A stretch of DNA of 64,000 nt from Eledone cirrhosa (taxonomy: Eukaryota). The number at the start of each line of letters is the position of its first letter. Positions within the stretch are counted from its first letter, which is position 1. The notes below the pieces were generated by a model, which was not told the DNA's origin, did no database searches, and saw nothing but the letters and a program-made list of their open reading frames with translations. The stretch spans positions 177,171-241,170 of the forward strand of contig CAXHJY010000442.1 of the NCBI GenBank assembly GCA_964016885.1. The letters run 5' to 3'. The translations under genes were made by a program, and so were the position numbers. This document shows, in pieces, positions 37,681-50,392 of this stretch.

Positions 37681-39950
37681 AATAGTTGTGGCTGTGGAAC
37701 CAAACCGTGTTAAACGTCAACAAAGTCCGCCGGCGAATGGTGTGCTTCGAAGAAAACGAATCCAAAAATGACGATTAGCCGGCGGATTTACCTTTTCAAT
37801 CGCGGGCCGGCCGCCCGTGTTCGGATCGATCTGTAATTACTGGTACATGTGCAGACACTCATTGGCTATGTGTGGCGTGAATTTCAGCAAGATATCTCCG
37901 TAAAATCAATAGTTGTGGCTGTGGAACCAAACCGTGTTAAACGTCAACAAAGTCCGCCGGCGAATGGTGTGCTTCGAAGAAAACGAATCCAAAAATGACG
38001 ATTAGCCGGCGGATTAACCTTTTTAATCGCGGGCCGGCCGCCCGCGGTCGGATCGATCTGTAATTACTGGTACATGTGCAGACACTCATTGGCTATGTGT
38101 GGCGTGAATTTCAGCAAGATATCTCCGTAAAATCAATAGTTGTGGCTGTGGAACCAAACCGTGTTAAACGTCAACAAAGTCCGCCGGCGAATGGTGTGCT
38201 TCGAAGAAAACGAATCCAAAAATGACGATTAGCCGGCGGATTTACCTTTTTAATCGCGGGCCGGCCGCCCGCGGTCGGATCGATCTGTAATTACTGGTAC
38301 ATGTGCAGACACTCATTGGCTATGTGTGGCGTGAATTTCAGCAAGATATCTCCGTAAAATCAATAGTTGTGGCTGTGGAACCAAACCGTGTTAAACGTCA
38401 ACAAAGTCCGCCGGCGAATGGTGTGCTTCGAAGAAAACGAATCCAAAAATGACGATTAGCCGGCGGATTTACCTTTTCAATCGCGGGCCGGCCGCCCGTG
38501 GTCGGATCGATCTGTAATTACTGGTACATGTGCAGACACTCATTGGCTATGTGTGGCGTGAATTTCAGCAAGATATCTCCGTAAAATCAATAGTTGTGGC
38601 TGTGGAACCAAACCGTGTTAAACGTCAACAAAGTCCGCCGGCGAATGGTGTGCTTCGAAGAAAACTAATCCAAAAATGACGATTAGCCGGCGGATTTACC
38701 TTTTCAATCGCGGGCCGGTCGCCCGTGGTCGGATCGATCTGTAATTACTGGTACATGTGCAGACACTCATTGGCTATGTGTGGCGTGAATTTCAGCAAGA
38801 TATCTCCGTAAAATCAATAGTTGTGGCTGTGGAACCAAACCGTGTTAAACGTCAACAAAGTCCGCCGGCGAATGGTGTGCTTCGAAGAAAACGAATCCAA
38901 AAATGACGATTAGCCGGCGGATTTACCTTTTCAATCGCGGGCCGGCCGCCCGTGGTCGGATCGATCTGTAATTACTGGTACATGTGCAGACACTCATTGG
39001 CTATGTGTGGCGTGAATTTCAGCAAGATATCTCCGTAAAATCAATAGTTGTGGCTGTGGAACCAAACCGTGTTAAACGTCAACAAAGTCCGCCGGCGAAT
39101 GGTGTGCTTCGAAGAAAACGAATCCAAAAATGACGATTAGCCGGCGGATTTACCTTTTTAATCGCGGGCCGGCCGCCCGCGGTCGGATCGATCTGTAATT
39201 ACTGGTACATGTGCAGATACTCATTGGCTATGTGTGGCGTGAATTTCAGCAAGATATCTCCGTAAAATCAATAGTTGTGGCTGTGGAACCAAACCGTGTT
39301 AAACGTCAACAAAGTCCGCCGGCGAATGGTGTGCTTCGAAGAAAACTAATCCAAAAATGACGATTAGCCGGCGGATTTACCTTTTCAATCGCGGGCCGGC
39401 CGCCCGTGGTCGGATCGATCTGTAATTACTGGTACATGTGCAGACACTCATTGGCTATGTGTGGCGTGAATTTCAGCAAGATATCTCCGTAAAATCAATA
39501 GTTGTGGCTGTGGAACCAAACCGTGTTAAACGTCAACAAAGTCCGCCGGCGAATGGTGTGCTTCGAAGAAAACGAATCCAAAAATGACGATTAGCCGGCG
39601 GATTTACCTTTTTAATCGCGGGCCGGCCGCCCGCGGTCGGATCGATCTGTAATTACTGGTACATGTGCAGATACTCATTGGCTATGTGTGGCGTGAATTT
39701 CAGCAAGATATCTCCGTAAAATCAATAGTTGTGGCTGTGGAACCAAACCGTGTTAAACGTCAACAAAGTCCGCCGGCGAATGGTGTGCTTCGAAGAAAAC
39801 TAATCCAAAAATGACGATTAGCCGGCGGATTTACCTTTTCAATCGCGGGCCGGCCGCCCGTGGTCGGATCGATCTGTAATTACTGGTATATGTGCAGACA
39901 CTCATTGGCTATGTGTGGCGTGAATTTCAGCAAGATATCTCCGTAAAATC

Positions 39951-42900
39951 AATAGTTGTGGCTGTGGAACCAAACCGTGTTAAACGTCAACAAAGTCCGC
40001 CGGCGAATGGTGTGCTTCGAAGAAAACGAATCCAAAAATGACGATTAGCCGGCGGATTTACCTTTTTAATCGCGGGCCGGCCGCCCGCGGTCGGATCGAT
40101 CTGTAATTACTGGTACATGTGCAGACACTCATTGGCTATGTGTGGCGTGAATTTCAGCAAGATATCTCCGTAAAATCAATAGTTGTGGCTGTGGAACCAA
40201 ACCGTGTTAAACGTCAACAAAGTCCGCCGGCGAATGGTGTGCTTCGAAGAAAACGAATCCAAAAATGACGATTAGCCGGCGGATTTACCTTTTTAATCGC
40301 GGGCCGGCCGCCCGCGGTCGGATCGATCTGTAATTACTGGTACATGTGCAGATACTCATTGGCTATGTGTGGCGTGAATTTCAGCAAGATATCTCCGTAA
40401 AATCAATAGTTGTGGCTGTGGAACCAAACCGTGTTAAACGTCAACAAAGTCCGCCGGCGAATGGTGTGCTTCGAAGAAAACTAATCCAAAAATGACGATT
40501 AGCCGGCGGATTTACCTTTTCAATCGCGGGCCGGCCGCCCGTGGTCGGATCGATCTGTAATTACTGGTACATGTGCAGACACTCATTGGCTATGTGTGGC
40601 GTGAATTTCAGCAAGATATCTCCGTAAAATCAATAGTTGTGGCTGTGGAACCAAACCGTGTTAAACGTCAACAAAGTCCGCCGGCGAATGGTGTGCTTCG
40701 AAGAAAACGAATCCAAAAATGACGATTAGCCGGCGGATTTACCTTTTCAATCGCGGGCCGGCCGCCCGTGTTCGGATCGATCTGTAATTACTGGTACATG
40801 TGCAGACACTCATTGGCTATGTGTGGCGTGAATTTCAGCAAGATATCTCCGTAAAATCAATAGTTGTGGCTGTGGAACCAAACCGTGTTAAACGTCAACA
40901 AAGTCCGCCGGCGAATGGTGTGCTTCGAAGAAAACGAATCCAAAAATGACGATTAGCCGGCGGATTAACCTTTTTAATCGCGGGCCGGCCGCCCGCGGTC
41001 GGATCGATCTGTAATTACTGGTACATGTGCAGACACTCATTGGCTATGTGTGGCGTGAATTTCAGCAAGATATCTCCGTAAAATCAATAGTTGTGGCTGT
41101 GGAACCAAACCGTGTTAAACGTCAACAAAGTCCGCCGGCGAATGGTGTGCTTCGAAGAAAACGAATCCAAAAATGACGATTAGCCGGCGGATTTACCTTT
41201 TTAATCGCGGGCCGGCCGCCCGCGGTCGGATCGATCTGTAATTACTGGTACATGTGCAGATACTCATTGGCTATGTGTGGCGTGAATTTCAGCAAGATAT
41301 CTCCGTAAAATCAATAGTTGTGGCTGTGGAACCAAACCGTGTTAAACGTCAACAAACTCCGCCGGCGAATGGTGTGCTTCGAAGAAAACGAATCCAAAAA
41401 TGACGATTAGCCGGCGGATTTACCTTTTCAATCGCGGGCCGGCCGCCCGTGGTCGGATCGATCTGTAATTACTGGTACATGTGCAGACACTCATTGGCTA
41501 TGTGTGGCGTGAATTTCAGCAAGATATCTCCGTAAAATCAATAGTTGTGGCTGTGGAACCAAACCGTGTTAAACGTCAACAAAGTCCGCCGGCGAATGGT
41601 GTGCTTCGAAGAAAACGAATCCAAAAATGACGATTAGCCGGCGGATTTACCTTTTCAATCGCGGGCCGGCCGCCCGTGGTCGGATCGATCTGTAATTACT
41701 GGTACATGTGCAGACACTTATTGGCTATGTGTGGCGTGAATTTCAGCAAGATATCTCCGTAAAATCAATAGTTGTGGCTGTGGAACCAAACCGTGTTAAA
41801 CGTCAACAAAGTCCGCCGGCGAATGGTGTGCTTCGAAGAAAACGAATCCAAAAATGACGATTAGCCGGCGGATTTACCTTTTTAATCGCGGGCCGGCCGC
41901 CCGCGGTCGGATCGATCTGTAATTACTGGTACATGTGCAGATACTCATTGGCTATGTGTGGCGTGAATTTCAGCAAGATATCTCCGTAAAATCAATAGTT
42001 GTGGCTGTGGAACCAAACCGTGTTAAACGTCAACAAAGTCCGCCGGCGAATGGTGTGCTTCGAAGAAAACTAATCCAAAAATGACGATTAGCCGGCGGAT
42101 TTACCTTTTCAATCGCGGGCCGGCCGCCCGTGGTCGGATCGATCTGTAATTACTGGTACATGTGCAGACACTCATTGGCTATGTGTGGCGTGAATTTCAG
42201 CAAGATATCTCCGTAAAATCAATAGTTGTGGCTGTGGAACCAAACCGTGTTAAACGTCAACAAAGTCCGCCGGCGAATGGTGTGCTTCGAAGAAAACGAA
42301 TCCAAAAATGACGATTAGCCGGCGGATTTACCTTTTTAATCGCGGGCCGGCCGCCCGCGGTCGGATCGATCTGTAATTACTGGTACATGTGCAGACACTC
42401 ATTGGCTATGTGTGGCGTGAATTTCAGCAAGATATCTCCGTAAAATCAATAGTTGTGGCTGTGGAACCAAACCGTGTTAAACGTCAACAAAGTCCGCCGG
42501 CGAATGGTGTGCTTCGAAGAAAACGAATCCAAAAATGACGATTAGCCGGCGGATTTACCTTTTTAATCGCGGGCCGGCCGCCCGCGGTCGGATCGATCTG
42601 TAATTACTGGTACATGTGCAGATACTCATTGGCTATGTGTGGCGTGAATTTCAGCAAGATATCTCCGTAAAATCAATAGTTGTGGCTGTGGAACCAAACC
42701 GTGTTAAACGTCAACAAAGTCCGCCGGCGAATGGTGTGCTTCGAAGAAAACTAATCCAAAAATGACGATTAGCCGGCGGATTTACCTTTTCAATCGCGGG
42801 CCGGCCGCCCGTGGTCGGATCGATCTGTAATTACTGGTACATGTGCAGACACTCATTGGCTATGTGTGGCGTGAATTTCAGCAAGATATCTCCGTAAAAT

Positions 42901-44490
42901 CAATAGTTGTGGCTGTGGAACCAAACCGTGTTAAACGTCAACAAAGTCCGCCGGCGAATGGTGTGCTTCGAAGAAAACGAATCCAAAAATGACGATTAGC
43001 CGGCGGATTTACCTTTTCAATCGCGGGCCGGCCGCCCGTGTTCGGATCGATCTGTAATTACTGGTACATGTGCAGACACTCATTGGCTATGTGTGGCGTG
43101 AATTTCAGCAAGATATCTCCGTAAAATCAATAGTTGTGGCTGTAGAACCAAACCGTGTTAAACGTCAACAAAGTCCGCCGGCGAATGGTGTGCTTCGAAG
43201 AAAACGAATCCAAAAATGACGATTAGCCGGCGGATTAACCTTTTTAATCGCGGGCCGGCCGCCCGCGGTCGGATCGATCTGTAATTACTGGTACATGTGC
43301 AGACACTCATTGGCTATGTGTGGCGTGAATTTCAGCAAGATATCTCCGTAAAATCAATAGTTGTGGCTGTGGAACCAAACCGTGTTAAACGTCAACAAAG
43401 TCCGCCGGCGAATGGTGTGCTTCGAAGAAAACGAATCCAAAAATGACGATTAGCCGGCGGATTTACCTTTTTAATCGCGGGCCGGCCGCCCGCGGTCGGA
43501 TCGATCTGTAATTACTGGTACATGTGCAGATACTCATTGGCTATGTGTGGCGTGAATTTCAGCAAGATATCTCCGTAAAATCAATAGTTGTGGCTGTGGA
43601 ACCAAACCGTGTTAAACGTCAACAAACTCCGCCGGCGAATGGTGTGCTTCGAAGAAAACGAATCCAAAAATGACGATTAGCCGGCGGATTTACCTTTTCA
43701 ATCGCGGGCCGGCCGCCCGTGGTCGGATCGATCTGTAATTACTGGTACATGTGCAGACACTCATTGGCTATGTGTGGCGTGAATTTCAGCAAGATATCTC
43801 CGTAAAATCAATAGTTGTGGCTGTGGAACCAAACCGTGTTAAACGTCAACAAAGTCCGCCGGCGAATGGTGTGCTTCGAAGAAAACGAATCCAAAAATGA
43901 CGATTAGCCGGCGGATTTACCTTTTCAATCGCGGGCCGGCCGCCCGTGGTCGGATCGATCTGTAATTACTGGTACATGTGCAGACACTTATTGGCTATGT
44001 GTGGCGTGAATTTCAGCAAGATATCTCCGTAAAATCAATAGTTGTGGCTGTGGAACCAAACCGTGTTAAACGTCAACAAAGTCCGCCGGCGAATGGTGTG
44101 CTTCGAAGAAAACGAATCCAAAAATGACGATTAGCCGGCGGATTTACCTTTTTAATCGCGGGCCGGCCGCCCGCGGTCGGATCGATCTGTAATTACTGGT
44201 ACATGTGCAGATACTCATTGGCTATGTGTGGCGTGAATTTCAGCAAGATATCTCCGTAAAATCAATAGTTGTGGCTGTGGAACCAAACCGTGTTAAACGT
44301 CAACAAAGTCCGCCGGCGAATGGTGTGCTTCGAAGAAAACTAATCCAAAAATGACGATTAGCCGGCGGATTTACCTTTTCAATCGCGGGCCGGCCGCCCG
44401 TGGTCGGATCGATCTGTAATTACTGGTACATGTGCAGACACTCATTGGCTATGTGTGGCGTGAATTTCAGCAAGATATCTCCGTAAAATC
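39951..44490. repeat. Second pair of the same 10-mer higher-order repeat
   Basis: G45C at 41357 and 43627. The pair is offset 6810 bp (30 monomers) from the first pair. Confidence 0.9.
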
Positions 44491-47400
44491 AATAGTTGTG
44501 GCTGTGGAACCAAACCGTGTTAAACGTCAACAAAGTCCGCCGGCGAATGGTGTGCTTCGAAGAAAACGAATCCAAAAATGACGATTAGCCGGCGGATTTA
44601 CCTTTTTAATCGCGGGCCGGCCGCCCGCGGTCGGATCGATCTGTAATTACTGGTACATGTGCAGATACTCATTGGCTATGTGTGGCGTGAATTTCAGCAA
44701 GATATCTCCGTAAAATCAATAGTTGTGGCTGTGGAACCAAACCGTGTTAAACGTCAACAAAGTCCGCCGGCGAATGGTGTGCTTCGAAGAAAACTAATCC
44801 AAAAATGACGATTAGCCGGCGGATTTACCTTTTCAATCGCGGGCCGGCCGCCCGTGGTCGGATCGATCTGTAATTACTGGTACATGTGCAGACACTCATT
44901 GGCTATGTGTGGCGTGAATTTCAGCAAGATATCTCCGTAAAATCAATAGTTGTGGCTGTGGAACCAAACCGTGTTAAACGTCAACAAAGTCCGCCGGCGA
45001 ATGGTGTGCTTCGAAGAAAACGAATCCAAAAATGACGATTAGCCGGCGGATTTACCTTTTTAATCGCGGGCCGGCCGCCCGCGGTCGGATCGATCTGTAA
45101 TTACTGGTACATGTGCAGATACTCATTGGCTATGTGTGGCGTGAATTTCAGCAAGATATCTCCGTAAAATCAATAGTTGTGGCTGTGGAACCAAACCGTG
45201 TTAAACGTCAACAAAGTCCGCCGGCGAATGGTGTGCTTCGAAGAAAACTAATCCAAAAATGACGATTAGCCGGCGGATTTACCTTTTCAATCGCGGGCCG
45301 GCCGCCCGTGGTCGGATCGATCTGTAATTACTGGTACATGTGCAGACACTCATTGGCTATGTGTGGCGTGAATTTCAGCAAGATATCTCCGTAAAATCAA
45401 TAGTTGTGGCTGTGGAACCAAACCGTGTTAAACGTCAACAAAGTCCGCCGGCGAATGGTGTGCTTCGAAGAAAACGAATCCAAAAATGACGATTAGCCGG
45501 CGGATTTACCTTTTTAATCGCGGGCCGGCCGCCCGCGGTCGGATCGATCTGTAATTACTGGTACATGTGCAGATACTCATTGGCTATGTGTGGCGTGAAT
45601 TTCAGCAAGATATCTCCGTAAAATCAATAGTTGTGGCTGTGGAACCAAACCGTGTTAAACGTCAACAAAGTCCGCCGGCGAATGGTGTGCTTCGAAGAAA
45701 ACTAATCCAAAAATGACGATTAGCCGGCGGATTTACCTTTTCAATCGCGGGCCGGCCGCCCGTGGTCGGATCGATCTGTAATTACTGGTACATGTGCAGA
45801 CACTCATTGGCTATGTGTGGCGTGAATTTCAGCAAGATATCTCCGTAAAATCAATAGTTGTGGCTGTGGAACCAAACCGTGTTAAACGTCAACAAAGTCC
45901 GCCGGCGAATGGTGTGCTTCGAAGAAAACGAATCCAAAAATGACGATTAGCCGGCGTATTTACCTTTTTAATCGCGGGCCGGCCGCCCGCGGTCGGATCG
46001 ATCTGTAATTACTGGTACATGTGCAGACACTCATTGGCTATGTGTGGCGTGAATTTCAGCAAGATATCTCCGTAAAATCAATAGTTGTGGCTGTGGAACC
46101 AAACCGTGTTAAACGTCAACAAAGTCCGCCGGCGAATGGTGTGCTTCGAAGAAAACGAATCCAAAAATGACGATTAGCCGGCGGATTAACCTTTTTAATC
46201 GCGGGCCGGCCGCCCGCGGTCGGATCGATCTGTAATTACTGGTACATGTGCAGACACTCATTGGCTATGTGTGGCGTGAATTTCAGCAAGATATCTCCGT
46301 AAAATCAATAGTTGTGGCTGTGGAACCAAACCGTGTTAAACGTCAACAAAGTCCGCCGGCGAATGGTGTGCTTCGAAGAAAACGAATCCAAAAATGACGA
46401 TTAGCCGGCGGATTTACCTTTTTAATCGCGGGCCGGCCGCCCGCGGTCGGATCGATCTGTAATTACTGGTACATGTGCAGATACTCATTGGCTATGTGTG
46501 GCGTGAATTTCAGCAAGATATCTCCGTAAAATCAATAGTTGTGGCTGTGGAACCAAACCGTGTTAAACGTCAACAAACTCCGCCGGCGAATGGTGTGCTT
46601 CGAAGAAAACGAATCCAAAAATGACGATTAGCCGGCGGATTTACCTTTTCAATCGCGGGCCGGCCGCCCGTGGTCGGATCGATCTGTAATTACTGGTACA
46701 TGTGCAGACACTTATTGGCTATGTGTGGCGTGAATTTCAGCAAGATATCTCCGTAAAATCAATAGTTGTGGCTGTGGAACCAAACCGTGTTAAACGTCAA
46801 CAAACTCCGCCGGCGAATGGTGTGCTTCGAAGAAAACGAATCCAAAAATGACGATTAGCCGGCGGATTTACCTTTTCAATCGCGGGCCGGCCGCCCGTGG
46901 TCGGATCGATCTGTAATTACTGGTACATGTGCAGACACTTATTGGCTATGTGTGGCGTGAATTTCAGCAAGATATCTCCGTAAAATCAATAGTTGTGGCT
47001 GTGGAACCAAACCGTGTTAAACGTCAACAAAGTCCGCCGGCGAATGGTGTGCTTCGAAGAAAACGAATCCAAAAATGACGATTAGCCGGCGGATTTACCT
47101 TTTTAATCGCGGGCCGGCCGCCCGCGGTCGGATCGATCTGTAATTACTGGTACATGTGCAGATACTCATTGGCTATGTGTGGCGTGAATTTCAGCAAGAT
47201 ATCTCCGTAAAATCAATAGTTGTGGCTGTGGAACCAAACCGTGTTAAACGTCAACAAAGTCCGCCGGCGAATGGTGTGCTTCGAAGAAAACTAATCCAAA
47301 AATGACGATTAGCCGGCGGATTTACCTTTTCAATCGCGGGCCGGCCGCCCGTGGTCGGATCGATCTGTAATTACTGGTACATGTGCAGACACTCATTGGC

Positions 47401-50392
47401 TATGTGTGGCGTGAATTTCAGCAAGATATCTCCGTAAAATCAATAGTTGTGGCTGTGGAACCAAACCGTGTTAAACGTCAACAAAGTCCGCCGGCGAATG
47501 GTGTGCTTCGAAGAAAACGAATCCAAAAATGACGATTAGCCGGCGGATTTACCTTTTTAATCGCGGGCCGGCCGCCCGCGGTCGGATCGATCTGTAATTA
47601 CTGGTACATGTGCAGATACTCATTGGCTATGTGTGGCGTGAATTTCAGCAAGATATCTCCGTAAAATCAATAGTTGTGGCTGTGGAACCAAACCGTGTTA
47701 AACGTCAACAAAGTCCGCCGGCGAATGGTGTGCTTCGAAGAAAACTAATCCAAAAATGACGATTAGCCGGCGGATTTACCTTTTCAATCGCGGGCCGGCC
47801 GCCCGTGGTCGGATCGATCTGTAATTACTGGTACATGTGCAGACACTCATTGGCTATGTGTGGCGTGAATTTCAGCAAGATATCTCCGTAAAATCAATAG
47901 TTGTGGCTGTGGAACCAAACCGTGTTAAACGTCAACAAAGTCCGCCGGCGAATGGTGTGCTTCGAAGAAAACGAATCCAAAAATGACGATTAGCCGGCGG
48001 ATTTACCTTTTTAATCGCGGGCCGGCCGCCCGCGGTCGGATCGATCTGTAATTACTGGTACATGTGCAGATACTCATTGGCTATGTGTGGCGTGAATTTC
48101 AGCAAGATATCTCCGTAAAATCAATAGTTGTGGCTGTGGAACCAAACCGTGTTAAACGTCAACAAAGTCCGCCGGCGAATGGTGTGCTTCGAAGAAAACT
48201 AATCCAAAAATGACGATTAGCCGGCGGATTTACCTTTTCAATCGCGGGCCGGCCGCCCGTGGTCGGATCGATCTGTAATTACTGGTACATGTGCAGACAC
48301 TCATTGGCTATGTGTGGCGTGAATTTCAGCAAGATATCTCCGTAAAATCAATAGTTGTGGCTGTGGAACCAAACCGTGTTAAACGTCAACAAAGTCCGCC
48401 GGCGAATGGTGTGCTTCGAAGAAAACGAATCCAAAAATGACGATTAGCCGGCGGATTTACCTTTTTAATCGCGGGCCGGCCGCCCGCGGTCGGATCGATC
48501 TGTAATTACTGGTACATGTGCAGATACTCATTGGCTATGTGTGGCGTGAATTTCAGCAAGATATCTCCGTAAAATCAATAGTTGTGGCTGTGGAACCAAA
48601 CCGTGTTAAACGTCAACAAAGTCCGCCGGCGAATGGTGTGCTTCGAAGAAAACTAATCCAAAAATGACGATTAGCCGGCGGATTTACCTTTTCAATCGCG
48701 GGCCGGCCGCCCGTGGTCGGATCGATCTGTAATTACTGGTACATGTGCAGACACTCATTGGCTATGTGTGGCGTGAATTTCAGCAAGATATCTCCGTAAA
48801 ATCAATAGTTGTGGCTGTGGAACCAAACCGTGTTAAACGTCAACAAAGTCCGCCGGCGAATGGTGTGCTTCGAAGAAAACGAATCCAAAAATGACGATTA
48901 GCCGGCGTATTTACCTTTTTAATCGCGGGCCGGCCGCCCGCGGTCGGATCGATCTGTAATTACTGGTACATGTGCAGACACTCATTGGCTATGTGTGGCG
49001 TGAATTTCAGCAAGATATCTCCGTAAAATCAATAGTTGTGGCTGTGGAACCAAACCGTGTTAAACGTCAACAAAGTCCGCCGGCGAATGGTGTGCTTCGA
49101 AGAAAACGAATCCAAAAATGACGATTAGCCGGCGGATTAACCTTTTTAATCGCGGGCCGGCCGCCCGCGGTCGGATCGATCTGTAATTACTGGTACATGT
49201 GCAGACACTCATTGGCTATGTGTGGCGTGAATTTCAGCAAGATATCTCCGTAAAATCAATAGTTGTGGCTGTGGAACCAAACCGTGTTAAACGTCAACAA
49301 AGTCCGCCGGCGAATGGTGTGCTTCGAAGAAAACGAATCCAAAAATGACGATTAGCCGGCGGATTTACCTTTTTAATCGCGGGCCGGCCGCCCGCGGTCG
49401 GATCGATCTGTAATTACTGGTACATGTGCAGATACTCATTGGCTATGTGTGGCGTGAATTTCAGCAAGATATCTCCGTAAAATCAATAGTTGTGGCTGTG
49501 GAACCAAACCGTGTTAAACGTCAACAAACTCCGCCGGCGAATGGTGTGCTTCGAAGAAAACGAATCCAAAAATGACGATTAGCCGGCGGATTTACCTTTT
49601 CAATCGCGGGCCGGCCGCCCGTGGTCGGATCGATCTGTAATTACTGGTACATGTGCAGACACTCATTGGCTATGTGTGGCGTGAATTTCAGCAAGATATC
49701 TCCGTAAAATCAATAGTTGTGGCTGTGGAACCAAACCGTGTTAAACGTCAACAAAGTCCGCCGGCGAATGGTGTGCTTCGAAGAAAACGAATCCAAAAAT
49801 GACGATTAGCCGGCGGATTTACCTTTTCAATCGCGGGCCGGCCGCCCGTGGTCGGATCGATCTGTAATTACTGGTACATGTGCAGACACTTATTGGCTAT
49901 GTGTGGCGTGAATTTCAGCAAGATATCTCCGTAAAATCAATAGTTGTGGCTGTGGAACCAAACCGTGTTAAACGTCAACAAAGTCCGCCGGCGAATGGTG
50001 TGCTTCGAAGAAAACGAATCCAAAAATGACGATTAGCCGGCGGATTTACCTTTTTAATCGCGGGCCGGCCGCCCGCGGTCGGATCGATCTGTAATTACTG
50101 GTACATGTGCAGATACTCATTGGCTATGTGTGGCGTGAATTTCAGCAAGATATCTCCGTAAAATCAATAGTTGTGGCTGTGGAACCAAACCGTGTTAAAC
50201 GTCAACAAAGTCCGCCGGCGAATGGTGTGCTTCGAAGAAAACTAATCCAAAAATGACGATTAGCCGGCGGATTTACCTTTTCAATCGCGGGCCGGCCGCC
50301 CGTGGTCGGATCGATCTGTAATTACTGGTACATGTGCAGACACTCATTGGCTATGTGTGGCGTGAATTTCAGCAAGATATCTCCGTAAAATC
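44037..50392. repeat. 13-mer duplication (2951 bp)
   Basis: Private G105T at 45957 and 48908. Each is preceded by four dimers and followed by B109A, B176T, A45C. Confidence 0.85.
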
